Part shown: one piece after another, positions 1 through 8,905 of the stretch
How positions within the stretch are numbered: position 1 is the stretch's first letter
Layout of the letters: each line of letters opens with the position of its first letter
Source: a virus
IMG/VR virus record: IMGVR_UViG_3300050490_000084
Length of the DNA: 64,000 bases
Strand: one strand, 5' to 3'
Made by a program: the position numbers and the translations under genes
The notes under the pieces: generated by a model
The model's database searches: none
Seen by the model: the letters and a program-made list of their open reading frames with translations, nothing else
What the model was told of the DNA's origin: nothing

Positions 1-28
1 GCCCCGTTCCCGCCTGCGCGCAAACCGT

Positions 29-862
29 TTGCCGGTCGCTCCTCCCCCGCTCCGCCACCGCTTGCACTCGCCAGCTGGCGCGGGTGCCAGCCGGGAGAGT
101 TCCCTTGACCGCGTGCGGCGCCTGGCGCGCGAGCACCGCGTCGCCGAGAAGCCCTTCGATCCGGAGAAGCGCGGCACGTGGCGGGGCAGCTCGCGAGATC
201 TCGTCGTGAACCCTCGTCACCGTCGTAACGCAGGCAATGACCCAGACGCCCGGGCGCGCTTCGAAGATCTCCAGCAGGGAGATTTTTACGACATCGACGC
301 AGAGGACGCAGGCGCCGCGGGAGTCTCGTATGGTCGAGTGCACCGAGATCAAAATGGTGATTGGTGGGGCTCTGACTACTCGGTCGGCAGCGACTACTCG
401 GGTGGGACTGTCCACCTGAACAACTACAATCAGTTGTGCGAGATGGCCCGAGAGCTCGAAGAGGAGCACGGTAACCAATTCTACGTGACGGCCCATGGTG
501 GACACGGGACATACGCGATCTTTTTTAACGTCTACACGACGCCTGACGAGATCGTGGAAGCGCTGGCAGCGCTCGACGACTACCCGTCCATCGACGATGA
601 GTCCCTCTCCGAGCTCGAACAAGAGCAATCCGAAGAGGCCTGGAACAACTGGGCAGAGAGCGAATTCCGCAAGGGGCTCGAGGCGAAGTTTACGGGGGAT
701 GCGAGTGAGGTGTCGGACGAAGATCTTTACGCCTGCTTCCACGAAGCGATGGAGGCGTCGAACTCGTACTGGCAAGATCAGCAGGGAAGCGGCATGTGGG
801 TCGACATCAAGCGCGTGCTTGCGAAAGTCGACGAACCGCCACCTGGCTTCGTCGAGGAATAG
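29..862 (+). CDS. acidic hypothetical protein (start uncertain)
   Basis: Long ORF abutting the next ORF (TAG-ATG at 860-865); no recognisable family. Confidence 0.6.
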   Translation: MPVAPPPLRHRLHSPAGAGASRESSLDRVRRLAREHRVAEKPFDPEKRGTWRGSSRDLVVNPRHRRNAGNDPDARARFEDLQQGDFYDIDAEDAGAAGVSYGRVHRDQNGDWWGSDYSVGSDYSGGTVHLNNYNQLCEMARELEEEHGNQFYVTAHGGHGTYAIFFNVYTTPDEIVEALAALDDYPSIDDESLSELEQEQSEEAWNNWAESEFRKGLEAKFTGDASEVSDEDLYACFHEAMEASNSYWQDQQGSGMWVDIKRVLAKVDEPPPGFVEE

Positions 863-1588
863 ATGAAGCAAAGCGACGCGAAGAAGCTCGGCAAGGCAAC
901 CGAAGCGCTGCTCAAGCGTCTCCGTGCTTGCCAGACGACGCTCAAGGCGCGTGAGAAGACGGTACTATCCGCGCTCGATTCAGTATTCGAGTGCAACGAC
1001 GCGATCAGCGCCGAGTTCGAAAAATGGGACGAGATCTCACATGAGCTCGATGAGGACGCCGAGATTGCCCCGGTGATGGTCGATCCGAAGCTGGATCTCG
1101 ACGCGCTCATCGTCGATGCCGCATTCGAGTCGGTGCACTTGGCGCTCGATACAGCGATTGAAAGTTTCGAGGGTATCCTCAAGAGCGCCAACGAGTACGA
1201 AGAGCCCGAGGAGGAGGAAGACGAATCTGATGTGGACGAGGGTGAGGAAGACAAAGACGACGACGAGGAGGAGGAGGACGAGCACCTATGCGCCTGCGAT
1301 CATCCGGGGTGCCTAGCTGAAAGCCCTGCGCGCCGCACCGCTGAAGCGGCAGATCAGGCAGCCCGAACGGCAGGCTGGTCGATAGGCGACGAGGGGACTT
1401 ATTGTCCGGAGCACATCCCTGCTCCCGAAACAGAAGGGGAGCACTTCGGCTGCCATGCGCGCGCCTGTTACGCCGAGAGTCCCGGCTGCGAAACGCTGGA
1501 TGAAGCGGAGGAGGCTGCGCTCGCGGCGGGGTGGAAGTTCGATCCGAAGGGCTGGCCCTACTGCCCGAAGCACCGGGATCAGGCCTAG
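863..1588 (+). CDS. acidic coiled-coil protein with two C-terminal Cys/His repeats
   Basis: Poly-Glu/Asp linker, then two repeats C-x4-C...A.xAGW...YCPxH. Confidence 0.7.
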   Translation: MKQSDAKKLGKATEALLKRLRACQTTLKAREKTVLSALDSVFECNDAISAEFEKWDEISHELDEDAEIAPVMVDPKLDLDALIVDAAFESVHLALDTAIESFEGILKSANEYEEPEEEEDESDVDEGEEDKDDDEEEEDEHLCACDHPGCLAESPARRTAEAADQAARTAGWSIGDEGTYCPEHIPAPETEGEHFGCHARACYAESPGCETLDEAEEAALAAGWKFDPKGWPYCPKHRDQA

Positions 1589-2359
1589 CTACTCGATCCT
1601 GAGCACTGTATCCGGTGGCACGACGATTGACCCGCCAGGCGTGAGCGTGCCCTCGAATTTACCCCACATCCCCTCGCCGCGGTAGGTGATGGCGGCATTG
1701 CGCTGACCAGAGAGCAACACCAAGCTCTCATAGGTCATCGGTTTGAAGCGTTCGACGCGACAATGCACCCCATTGATGACTACCGTCATAAAATCCATGG
1801 GCCGAGCAGCTCGCGAGAGGATCGCTGCACCTTCGCGCAAAGCCTGGTTAGCGGACTTGAGCCGTGCGACTTCATCGAGCAGCGCGAGCACCCCCGTGTC
1901 ATACTCGGTGCCGTTCAGGCGTACGAAGAGCATGCGTCCGGCGGAGTCAATGAGCACGCCCGTCGGAGCGCGCAGCATGGCGCGCAGGGCCTCGGCTTCG
2001 GGATGTACGGAGAGATCGGCCTCGGCGACGGCGAACAGCTTCCACAGGTCGAGGTTGGCTCGATCGATGAGGGTATTGAGGTTTTTTTCTAGGTGCGCGA
2101 GCGGCTGCGTTTCAGTCGGGTCGGAGAGGATCGCGGTGAGGCGTGCCTTCACGGTGAGGAGGGCGTCGCGGAAGCCTTGGTCGTAGGGCGGGATGGGCGC
2201 GGATGTTGCTGATGCAGTGCTCAGCTCGAGTTGGAGCAGCTGCGCGCGGAGCGCGTCGAATTCTTTCCGGATGCGCTCCAGTGCTTCAGTCGGAGCGGGA
2301 TCTCCGGGTTTCCAGTCGAGAGCATCGGCGACGCAGGAGAAGTCATCGGGAATGGTCAT
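1589..2359 (-). CDS. coiled-coil protein with C-terminal multi-ubiquitin-like (beta-grasp) domain
   Basis: C-terminal TVVINGVHCRVE..MTYESLVLLSG..ITYR..EGTLTPGGSIVV..TVLRI resembles the Multi_ubiq pattern. Confidence 0.55.
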   Translation of the reverse strand: MTIPDDFSCVADALDWKPGDPAPTEALERIRKEFDALRAQLLQLELSTASATSAPIPPYDQGFRDALLTVKARLTAILSDPTETQPLAHLEKNLNTLIDRANLDLWKLFAVAEADLSVHPEAEALRAMLRAPTGVLIDSAGRMLFVRLNGTEYDTGVLALLDEVARLKSANQALREGAAILSRAARPMDFMTVVINGVHCRVERFKPMTYESLVLLSGQRNAAITYRGEGMWGKFEGTLTPGGSIVVPPDTVLRIE

Positions 2360-2664
2360 CGGTGCGAGTTCTTTCCTATGCGCTCGCGCAGTGTCTCCAG
2401 CTCCTGGAGCAACTCCGCCTCCCTTTTTGCGAGGGTTTCTCGCAGGGGGTAGTTTTCTGTCCAGTTGACCGTACCCTTAGGACACAGATCCAGGCCATTC
2501 TTGGCGAGAATTTCTTGTACGGCGCGAAGTGTTGCTACACGCAGGCAACCACCGTTGACGCGAATCATCAGTGCCCCTGAGAACAGCATCGGCGTGTCTA
2601 AATCGACCATAGTCCCTCCATCTGGCATGGTGGATACCATCTCATCATCGGCGGGCAAGCTCAT
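2356..2664 (-). CDS. hypothetical protein
   Basis: ATG at 2664 overlaps the upstream stop (ATGA coupling). Confidence 0.55.
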   Translation of the reverse strand: MSLPADDEMVSTMPDGGTMVDLDTPMLFSGALMIRVNGGCLRVATLRAVQEILAKNGLDLCPKGTVNWTENYPLRETLAKREAELLQELETLRERIGKNSHR

Positions 2665-2912
2665 TCGCTGCCTTTCGCTCGGTACTGAGCTTGCGGCAGA
2701 ACGCCGATTGCCCCCTCTCCACCACCCCCAAGTCCGTCGTACGATCTCCAGTTGATGGCGAGCACTCGGGCGGATCCAAGCGCTTCGACCTCGCCGCTGT
2801 CGCTCAGCTTGCCCCGCGCTGCGCCGCACTCGCAGGTCCGCACCTTCTCGACGAGCTTCACCACGTCGTCACAACGCGTGCAGTTGAGCAGCAGCATGGC
2901 GCGCCTGCTCAT
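2661..2912 (-). CDS. small Zn-ribbon protein
   Basis: CTRC...CECG motifs; translationally coupled. Confidence 0.6.
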   Translation of the reverse strand: MSRRAMLLLNCTRCDDVVKLVEKVRTCECGAARGKLSDSGEVEALGSARVLAINWRSYDGLGGGGEGAIGVLPQAQYRAKGSE

Positions 2913-3124
2913 GGCTCAGCGCTCGTGGGAGGCGACTGGCGGATCAGGTGCGGGTGCACCGGCTGGCGACTAAATGCGCCTCGGTACTGCACGTTTTCTA
3001 CGTATTCGGAGCAGTGATGGTCAGGACGGGCTCCGCAGCGCGGGCACTCTTCGGTCATGACTCGATAGCGGTAGGACTCGACGGGAAAGGCGCGGGTATA
3101 GTCGGTCACCGGAGCCTCGTACAT
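2909..3124 (-). CDS. small zinc-finger protein
   Basis: MYEAP start at 3124; CPRCGARPDHHC motif. Confidence 0.5.
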   Translation of the reverse strand: MYEAPVTDYTRAFPVESYRYRVMTEECPRCGARPDHHCSEYVENVQYRGAFSRQPVHPHLIRQSPPTSAEP

Positions 3125-3387
3125 TCCGCCGCGAGCCGGCGGTACGCCCGCTCTCGCCGCTCGAGGTTCGGGATCTGGCTGACGCGGTTGTACGTCCCGA
3201 CGACGCTTTCGCGCGCATGCCAGAGCAGGCGCTGATGGGGCTCGAGGGACTCGACGGCGCCGCCCTGGAGCGCGACCAGGCGCTTCAGCCATCCGAAGCG
3301 CTCGTCGATGCGGGCGAGGCACTCGCGCCGGGCATCCTCGGCGCGGAGGAGGGCATTGTGCGACGCGGGCAGGATGCGGGCGTTCAT
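3106..3387 (-). CDS. hypothetical protein
   Basis: MNARIL start at 3387 overlaps the upstream stop. Confidence 0.55.
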   Translation of the reverse strand: MNARILPASHNALLRAEDARRECLARIDERFGWLKRLVALQGGAVESLEPHQRLLWHARESVVGTYNRVSQIPNLERRERAYRRLAAECTRLR

Positions 3388-3683
3388 GGGAGGTCTCCAC
3401 AGCAGAGCGCTTCGCAGGGCGTGCCGCAGTGCTCCCAGTGCCCCGACATGGGGGTGTGCTCGACGCACCAGAAACGCGATTTGCCGAAATGCCATTCGCC
3501 GTGCACAGCGGGATCTGTGCAGGATTCACAAGTGTGCAGCAGGGTCGTGGCCTCTGCCGGGAGCTTGCTGAGGCTGATGCAGTTGCCGTACGCCGCCGCG
3601 TAGATCCGCAAAATAGATAGAGGGGCTTTTTCTCGAGCGGCGATGATCAGGGCGCGCTCGGCGCGGGCAACGTGGACGCTCAC
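3384..3683 (-). CDS. Cys/His-rich hypothetical protein
   Basis: CESC...WCVEH; coupled ORF. Confidence 0.55.
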   Translation of the reverse strand: MSVHVARAERALIIAAREKAPLSILRIYAAAYGNCISLSKLPAEATTLLHTCESCTDPAVHGEWHFGKSRFWCVEHTPMSGHWEHCGTPCEALCCGDLP

Positions 3684-3964
3684 CGGAGCTTCTCCCGCCT
3701 CGAGCAGTAGCGATCCACCAGGTCTGATACCTCCTGGATCGGGTCGGCGTGCTCGACGTGGAGCTCGTCGCAGGCGGCGGCCTCGAGCAGGCGGAGCTTT
3801 CCGGGTGCGAATGCCTCCATGGTGAGCAGCACCGCTTCGACCTCGTGGAGGTTGAGCATGATGCTCTTCCAGAGGCGGCGGTCGGGGTGTGTCGAGTACG
3901 GCGCAAAGTGCGCGAGCGCCTCGATGGCGTGCGACAGATCGGTGGTGATGGCGGCTTTAGCCAC
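3680..3964 (-). CDS. hypothetical protein
   Basis: Coupled ORF in the leftward run. Confidence 0.55.
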   Translation of the reverse strand: MAKAAITTDLSHAIEALAHFAPYSTHPDRRLWKSIMLNLHEVEAVLLTMEAFAPGKLRLLEAAACDELHVEHADPIQEVSDLVDRYCSRREKLR

Positions 3965-4175
3965 GGCGCCTCAAGAGCGCGCGGCGGCGCTGCGCGCGGA
4001 GATCGAGGTAGCAGTTTTGCGTCACGTAGGTGAGCAGGATTGGCCACAGGAACATGCCGCGCACGAATTCCATGCGGGTCACGCAGCCGTCGAGGCACTC
4101 GTTGGCGGCCAGCATGATGAGGCAGCCGACGAGCAGGTAGGCAGGGATGATCATGTAGACGAGCGCAATGGGCAT
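3957..4175 (-). CDS. small membrane protein
   Basis: Two hydrophobic segments including GMFLWPILL; start-associated motif upstream. Confidence 0.6.
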   Translation of the reverse strand: MPIALVYMIIPAYLLVGCLIMLAANECLDGCVTRMEFVRGMFLWPILLTYVTQNCYLDLRAQRRRALLRRRG

Positions 4176-4184
4176 GGTGGGTGC

Positions 4185-4210
4185 TACGTGGTGTGATCGG
4201 GAGATCTTCC
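4185..4210 (-). promoter_or_regulatory. start-associated GGAAG-N17-CGTA element (ECF-promoter-like), copy 1 of 7
   Basis: Same motif at 10090-10114, 10909-10933, 11870-11895, 12979-13003, 14508-14532 and 15278-15303, each just upstream of an ATG. Confidence 0.65.
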
Positions 4211-4215
4211 CTGGC

Positions 4216-4497
4216 TCAGAACTCTGCTGCGGCCCCGGATCCCCAGGGCTCGATAGAAAACTTCATCAGTTGATGCGTGCCAGTTGGGTCGTAGGGCTCT
4301 ACCCGGGCTAGCTTCCAGTAGTCTCTCCTGCGAAGCAGCAACTCTGCCTGCGAGATCGCGTCAGCTGCGGTCAGCGCGCGGAGTACTGTCGGGGCCATCG
4401 CGCCGAGTGGCCCTTCTGCCCAGCAGACAAATTTGGGAATCACGACCTTGTGTTCAGGCACGGCTCTGACACTACGCTGATGGCATGTCGCTGTCAA
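4216..4497 (-). CDS. hypothetical protein
   Basis: Coupled ORF. Confidence 0.5.
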   Translation of the reverse strand: MTATCHQRSVRAVPEHKVVIPKFVCWAEGPLGAMAPTVLRALTAADAISQAELLLRRRDYWKLARVEPYDPTGTHQLMKFSIEPWGSGAAAEF

Positions 4498-4844
4498 CCT
4501 TCCGGATCAGGCGGCTTTCCCCGGCGCAATTCGGCCGACAGCTTCGCCGCGTGCGCGCATTTCTGCAGGAAGTCTCGCTCCGCTAGCGCTAGCGCGATCT
4601 CGGGCTTCCCCCCGACGCCGTTACCCCCCTCGTGGCTCTCGCCTCGCCCCTCCTCGAGCCCCTGAAAGTGGATCAGCGCAGTCCACTCGGGGGGCACCTC
4701 GGGATCTTGGATGTCGCGATAGATCAGCCGCACGCGGAGCTTCGGGAGCCGCATCTCCCAGTGCACCTCTTTGCTTGTGGCGTGCGACTGACGAAACTCC
4801 CAGCCGCGCCACAGGAACTTCTCGCGTGCGGCGATGCGACTCAC
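4494..4844 (-). CDS. hypothetical protein
   Basis: Coupled ORF. Confidence 0.55.
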   Translation of the reverse strand: MSRIAAREKFLWRGWEFRQSHATSKEVHWEMRLPKLRVRLIYRDIQDPEVPPEWTALIHFQGLEEGRGESHEGGNGVGGKPEIALALAERDFLQKCAHAAKLSAELRRGKPPDPEG

Positions 4845-5140
4845 TCGGGGAGCTCGACGGGCACCACTTGAGGATCGATGACGCCGTACGTGAGCGTGAT
4901 GGGGCCGCGATCGGTGTCGAAGATCATCGAGCGGAGATTGGGCTCGGCAGGGCCGAGCGTGACCTGGCCAGAGAAGACGCAGCCCTCGGTGTCATTGGGC
5001 TGCGTGAGTGACTTCACGTTGCCCGCCCCGAAGCCAAACGATCGCCGCATGCCGTCCATGAACACGAGCGTGAGGCTCGCTTGGTCAGCCGGAACGAAGC
5101 AGTGACGGAGTGCCTTTTGAGTCATGTTGTCGAAGTTCAT
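4841..5140 (-). CDS. hypothetical protein
   Basis: MNFDN start at 5140 overlaps the upstream stop. Confidence 0.55.
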   Translation of the reverse strand: MNFDNMTQKALRHCFVPADQASLTLVFMDGMRRSFGFGAGNVKSLTQPNDTEGCVFSGQVTLGPAEPNLRSMIFDTDRGPITLTYGVIDPQVVPVELPE

Positions 5141-5484
5141 GGGGAGTCCTGGGTGCGCGCGGGTCGAGAGGGATGGCGCCGCTTGAGGCGACGCTGTTGG
5201 TTGCAGTCGGCGCACCGACAAGAACCATACTCTTGAGGGAGTTTCCGGCACAAGAGACACGGATGGGCTTTCCGTGCAAACTCCCCGGGTGCGGCATTCA
5301 TCCGGGGCTTCGGGGGCCGGATGCCGGCGCGCCGCAGGCGCTCGCGGAATGCGCGCCCCGTGACGCGCATCGATCCCGCCTGGCCGAGCATGCCCGCCAC
5401 CCGCTTGAACATCGACACCGACTCCTGCGCTTCGGCAAAGATCTCGGTGACCCAGTCTTGGGGGTCCTCGTCCTCGAAGCTCAT
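5137..5484 (-). CDS. hypothetical protein with CxxC motifs
   Basis: CLLC...CADC. Confidence 0.55.
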   Translation of the reverse strand: MSFEDEDPQDWVTEIFAEAQESVSMFKRVAGMLGQAGSMRVTGRAFRERLRRAGIRPPKPRMNAAPGEFARKAHPCLLCRKLPQEYGSCRCADCNQQRRLKRRHPSRPARTQDSP

Positions 5485-5487
5485 GGT

Positions 5488-5709
5488 CTATTGGGTGGAG
5501 TGACGCTCGAGGAGCGTGTACAGGGTCCCGCATTGGCTGCAGCACCGCGATTGCATGTAGCATCGCTCGATGAGCCTGCCGCCTTCAATAGGCCGCACAT
5601 CGATCAGCACGGGGCACAAGATGTCCGACTCGGAGCGCTCGGCGCCGCACGGGCACCGAGTCTTGACGGGCTCACCGGAGCCTTGTTCAGGGAGATCGAA
5701 TGGGTTCAA
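5488..5709 (-). CDS. small Cys-rich Zn-ribbon protein
   Basis: TTG start overlapping the recombinase stop; CPC...CSQC. Confidence 0.45.
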   Translation of the reverse strand: MNPFDLPEQGSGEPVKTRCPCGAERSESDILCPVLIDVRPIEGGRLIERCYMQSRCCSQCGTLYTLLERHSTQ

Positions 5710-6722
5710 AGGAGGCCTCGTCCCGGATTGTCTTGGAAGAGGTTGGCGCGGCGGATGTAGCCGCGGAAGCTCTCGTAGCTCTTGTGTCGCGAGTGGGTCA
5801 TGATTTGCCACTCGGGGCGCCCCGCGCGCGCTGCCTCCGTGATGAATCCCGCCCGGAGCGAGTGCCCGCTAAACTCGACCCCTGGCTGGTCGGGCGTGAT
5901 GCCCGTCTTGCGCGCCCACTTCTTCACCACGTCATTGACCTCCCATTCCGGCATGCGATCGAGCACGAGGCCGCCGTAGTAGGTGCGGGGGAAGACTGCC
6001 TGGACGATCTCCATCACGTCGGGGCTGGCATCAAGCCACGTGCGCAGGGCTCCGACGGGGCAGAGATCGGGGTTACTGGCGGGCTCGATCGGGATGAGCT
6101 CGCCTTGCCCCTCTTGGTCGGTCTTCGAAGAAGCGATGGTGAGCTGGATCCCCTCCGGGGTAAACACCGCGTGCGGGCGATCGAGCGCTGCGATCTCGCT
6201 CCGCCGGAGCGCGCCGGCCCATCCAACGAGGAGCAGCGCCTTGTCGCGCATGGCAATGGGATCGGTCGCCGGCATCCGCGCGACGATCTTCTCCAGGTGC
6301 CGGACGAGCAGCGGTGGCGCCTGCTCGGGGGCCATCTTGAGCGCGTTCTTGACTTTGCGGATGTGCTGCTGCACGTGGATCGATTGCCGGGGCGGCACGT
6401 AGCCCCGCACCTTGTGGTAGTGGCTGAGCGCTGCCATGGCCCGCTCGATAGTGCTCGGCTTCTGCGAGCCTCCTGGACGCTCCGGATCGGCCAGGTACGT
6501 CACGTAGAGGATCACGACCTGTGGCGAGGCGGGGAGCGCGCGGTGCCCCCAGGCCGCGCACCACCCCTCGAACCGCTTCCAGTCCCCCTCGTAGGCGCGC
6601 TTGGTGTTGGCGGGCGTGCCTTCGCGCTCGAAGCGGAGCGCCCGCGCGTAGAGGCGCTCTGCTTCCAGCCGCTGGGGCGGGGAGAGATGCAGGGGATCGG
6701 GGCGGCCGAGGAAATCGCTCAC
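5706..6722 (-). CDS. tyrosine recombinase/integrase (Cre-like, N-terminal SAM-like domain)
   Basis: RDKALLLVGWAGALRRSEI (catalytic R), SGHSLRAG (HxxR), SRH...RGY (H, catalytic Y). Confidence 0.92.
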   Translation of the reverse strand: MSDFLGRPDPLHLSPPQRLEAERLYARALRFEREGTPANTKRAYEGDWKRFEGWCAAWGHRALPASPQVVILYVTYLADPERPGGSQKPSTIERAMAALSHYHKVRGYVPPRQSIHVQQHIRKVKNALKMAPEQAPPLLVRHLEKIVARMPATDPIAMRDKALLLVGWAGALRRSEIAALDRPHAVFTPEGIQLTIASSKTDQEGQGELIPIEPASNPDLCPVGALRTWLDASPDVMEIVQAVFPRTYYGGLVLDRMPEWEVNDVVKKWARKTGITPDQPGVEFSGHSLRAGFITEAARAGRPEWQIMTHSRHKSYESFRGYIRRANLFQDNPGRGLL

Positions 6723-6838
6723 TTCGGAGGAGGATACAGCTTTTCAACTAGCTGGGCGAGGCACCCGTTCTCGGTATAGAAGAGATCGGCGAAGGCTCCA
6801 GGCGTGCCTGGGACGGCACTGGCGTGAGCTGTGGGGCA

Positions 6839-7138
6839 TCAGGTCTCCTCCGGGTACTCTTCGAGTAGCATTTGCATCGCCGTGGTGGCCTGGCAGAGAG
6901 CATCGAAGTGGTTCACGCCGCGTGCGCGGAGCACCGGGGCAAAGTCTGCCGACTCCGTGGCGCGCATCACCCATCCGTACGGGTTATCGGGATTTGTATA
7001 ATGAACGAAGACCGATTCTGCTTCGCCAGGAGCGCGATTGATCTTCGGGTCAACCTCGTAGCGCCAACCGCGCTGCGTCCACTGCTCCAAGATCTCGAGC
7101 ACGTGGACGGCTTGCTCGGGAGTCGGGGCGGGGATCAT
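6839..7138 (-). CDS. hypothetical protein
   Basis: MIPAP start at 7138, coupled. Confidence 0.55.
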   Translation of the reverse strand: MIPAPTPEQAVHVLEILEQWTQRGWRYEVDPKINRAPGEAESVFVHYTNPDNPYGWVMRATESADFAPVLRARGVNHFDALCQATTAMQMLLEEYPEET

Positions 7139-7362
7139 GGTTGCGGGGCCCCGACGAAACGCTCGGTCGCCTGCAAGCCTCGAGCAACCGCAGAAACGCC
7201 CTCGTCGACCTGATCGATTTGCCGGCTCAACGCTCTGCACCAGAGCGCGAGCCGCTTGCAACACAGGAGCAGCTCCCTGCCTTGCTCGACAGTGAGCGTA
7301 ACGCTGGGATCGAGCTCTGCGAACTCCTCATCCAGCTGATCGATCGCTTCAATGACGGTCAT
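7135..7362 (-). CDS. small coiled-coil protein
   Basis: Coupled ORF. Confidence 0.55.
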   Translation of the reverse strand: MTVIEAIDQLDEEFAELDPSVTLTVEQGRELLLCCKRLALWCRALSRQIDQVDEGVSAVARGLQATERFVGAPQP

Positions 7363-7673
7363 ACGCTAAACCTCTTTCCTGCGATGAGTTCTTCCAGGTG
7401 CTCATCAAGCCACTTGCCGGCTAATTGCACGGCCCATTCCTCCGCCTCGCGCCGCCCCAAGTAGAACGGCCCACCGAATGGGATCTTCGCAATACGCGGC
7501 ACCTGATCGCTCGGCGCGTGCCCAGGGATGACGCTCCCACTCGTCACGCCCAGCGTGACGCCGGGGCGCAGGTACAAGCATAGCTCCCATTGCCCAGGGG
7601 CATCCTCGAAGAGGGCCAGGCGCAAGATGTTCCAGTCACGTTGACGACCGAGTTTGCTGTTGGTCCAAGTCAT
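7359..7673 (-). CDS. hypothetical protein
   Basis: Coupled ORF. Confidence 0.55.
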   Translation of the reverse strand: MTWTNSKLGRQRDWNILRLALFEDAPGQWELCLYLRPGVTLGVTSGSVIPGHAPSDQVPRIAKIPFGGPFYLGRREAEEWAVQLAGKWLDEHLEELIAGKRFSV

Positions 7674-8038
7674 GGCTTCACCACCCGTAGCTTACGCCGC
7701 AAGATCTCGCCCACCTGCTTGACGCGCGTGGCGTAGTCCCCGTCGCACTCCTGCTCGTCGTCCTCCCAGCCGAGCTCTTCGTCGATCAGCATGCGGAGCT
7801 CGCCCAGGTGCTTCGAGTCGTCCGCATCGTACCCGAACGCCCCCAGCACCTCGTTACCTTCGGCTTCGTCGGCGGCGTAGAGCACCTCGATCGCGTGAGC
7901 GCGTGCCTCGGTCGGCGTCATGGTTCGGTCGCCGCGGACGGTCACGCGCGCGTGGTGCGCGTCAGGGATGACTAGGAGCGCGAGCAGGGGCCGGATGTGG
8001 CGGAGATTGTCGTCGGTCATCACCAAAACTTCCACCAC
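7670..8038 (-). CDS. hypothetical protein
   Basis: Coupled ORF. Confidence 0.55.
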   Translation of the reverse strand: MVEVLVMTDDNLRHIRPLLALLVIPDAHHARVTVRGDRTMTPTEARAHAIEVLYAADEAEGNEVLGAFGYDADDSKHLGELRMLIDEELGWEDDEQECDGDYATRVKQVGEILRRKLRVVKP

Positions 8039-8139
8039 GGACGTTGGACCGGAACCTTGCTGGGTTCAGGGGCATCATCGTGGAATGAAATGTGCCTCAT
8101 GACGCAGCAACACGACCATTTACCGAAGCAGTTGTACAT

Positions 8140-8469
8140 TCAGATCACCACCACTCGGAGTTTGAAATCAGTCACGAGACCCGGCACGCCCTTGAAATCC
8201 GGAAGGTCACTACTCACGAATACGATGCCGTCGGAGGTTCCTTCCTTGAGCATGCTCGCGATCATCGTCGGAGGCCATTCGGAGATCTCGCGCCTCCCGA
8301 ACTTCTCCGACGCAAACAGCTGCGCCCGGCCGCGCGCTGCCCACCTCAATAGGTACTGCTCTTGCACGTACTCGGGCAAGTTTCGGGCGAGGCCGGGCTC
8401 CCGCGCTTCTTGGTCGGTTGTCCACCAGATGAAGAGCTCGCGACGAGGCTTTGGGGCTTCGATCGTCAT
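8140..8469 (-). CDS. hypothetical protein
   Basis: Coupled ORF. Confidence 0.55.
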   Translation of the reverse strand: MTIEAPKPRRELFIWWTTDQEAREPGLARNLPEYVQEQYLLRWAARGRAQLFASEKFGRREISEWPPTMIASMLKEGTSDGIVFVSSDLPDFKGVPGLVTDFKLRVVVI

Positions 8470-8696
8470 CCGGAATCCTCCGCGTCCGCTGGGTCATGAT
8501 GCCTCACGAACTTGTATCCCGGCGGGACGTAGATCTCGTCGTCGGCTGGGCTGAGTCTGCCCATGGTGTGCCCCTGATGGACGAGCACGTAGGCTCCTTC
8601 GCCGGTCGCTTCGCGCGGGTGCGTGAATGGCCCGAGCGCCGTCTTGACGTGCTTGGACTTGGGCTCTCCGCATGTGCCGCAGATGGGATCGCTCAT
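8466..8696 (-). CDS. small Cys/His protein
   Basis: CGTC..KSKH; coupled. Confidence 0.5.
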   Translation of the reverse strand: MSDPICGTCGEPKSKHVKTALGPFTHPREATGEGAYVLVHQGHTMGRLSPADDEIYVPPGYKFVRHHDPADAEDSG

Positions 8697-8905
8697 CGCT
8701 GGCTCTTTCTTGGGGAAGGCACCGGCAGATACGGATTATCATTGACACCACGAAGAGCCGCCGCGTGGCCATCGGCCCAAGCTTTGCCGCGAAGCTCTTG
8801 GCTTTCGTGAGGAGAGATCCAGTCTCTTTTTAGTCGAACGACTTCGTCCTCGAGCCACGCTATGCGCTGATTGGCTAGGTCCAGTTCTGAGTCCGGCATA
8901 GTCAT
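8693..8905 (-). CDS. hypothetical protein
   Basis: Coupled ORF. Confidence 0.5.
   Translation of the reverse strand: MTMPDSELDLANQRIAWLEDEVVRLKRDWISPHESQELRGKAWADGHAAALRGVNDNPYLPVPSPRKSQR

Noticed and set aside
2233-2245. 13-nt match (GGAGCAGCTGCGC) to spacer 21
   Set aside because: About one such match is expected by chance for 22 spacers in 64 kb of GC-rich DNA; no extension
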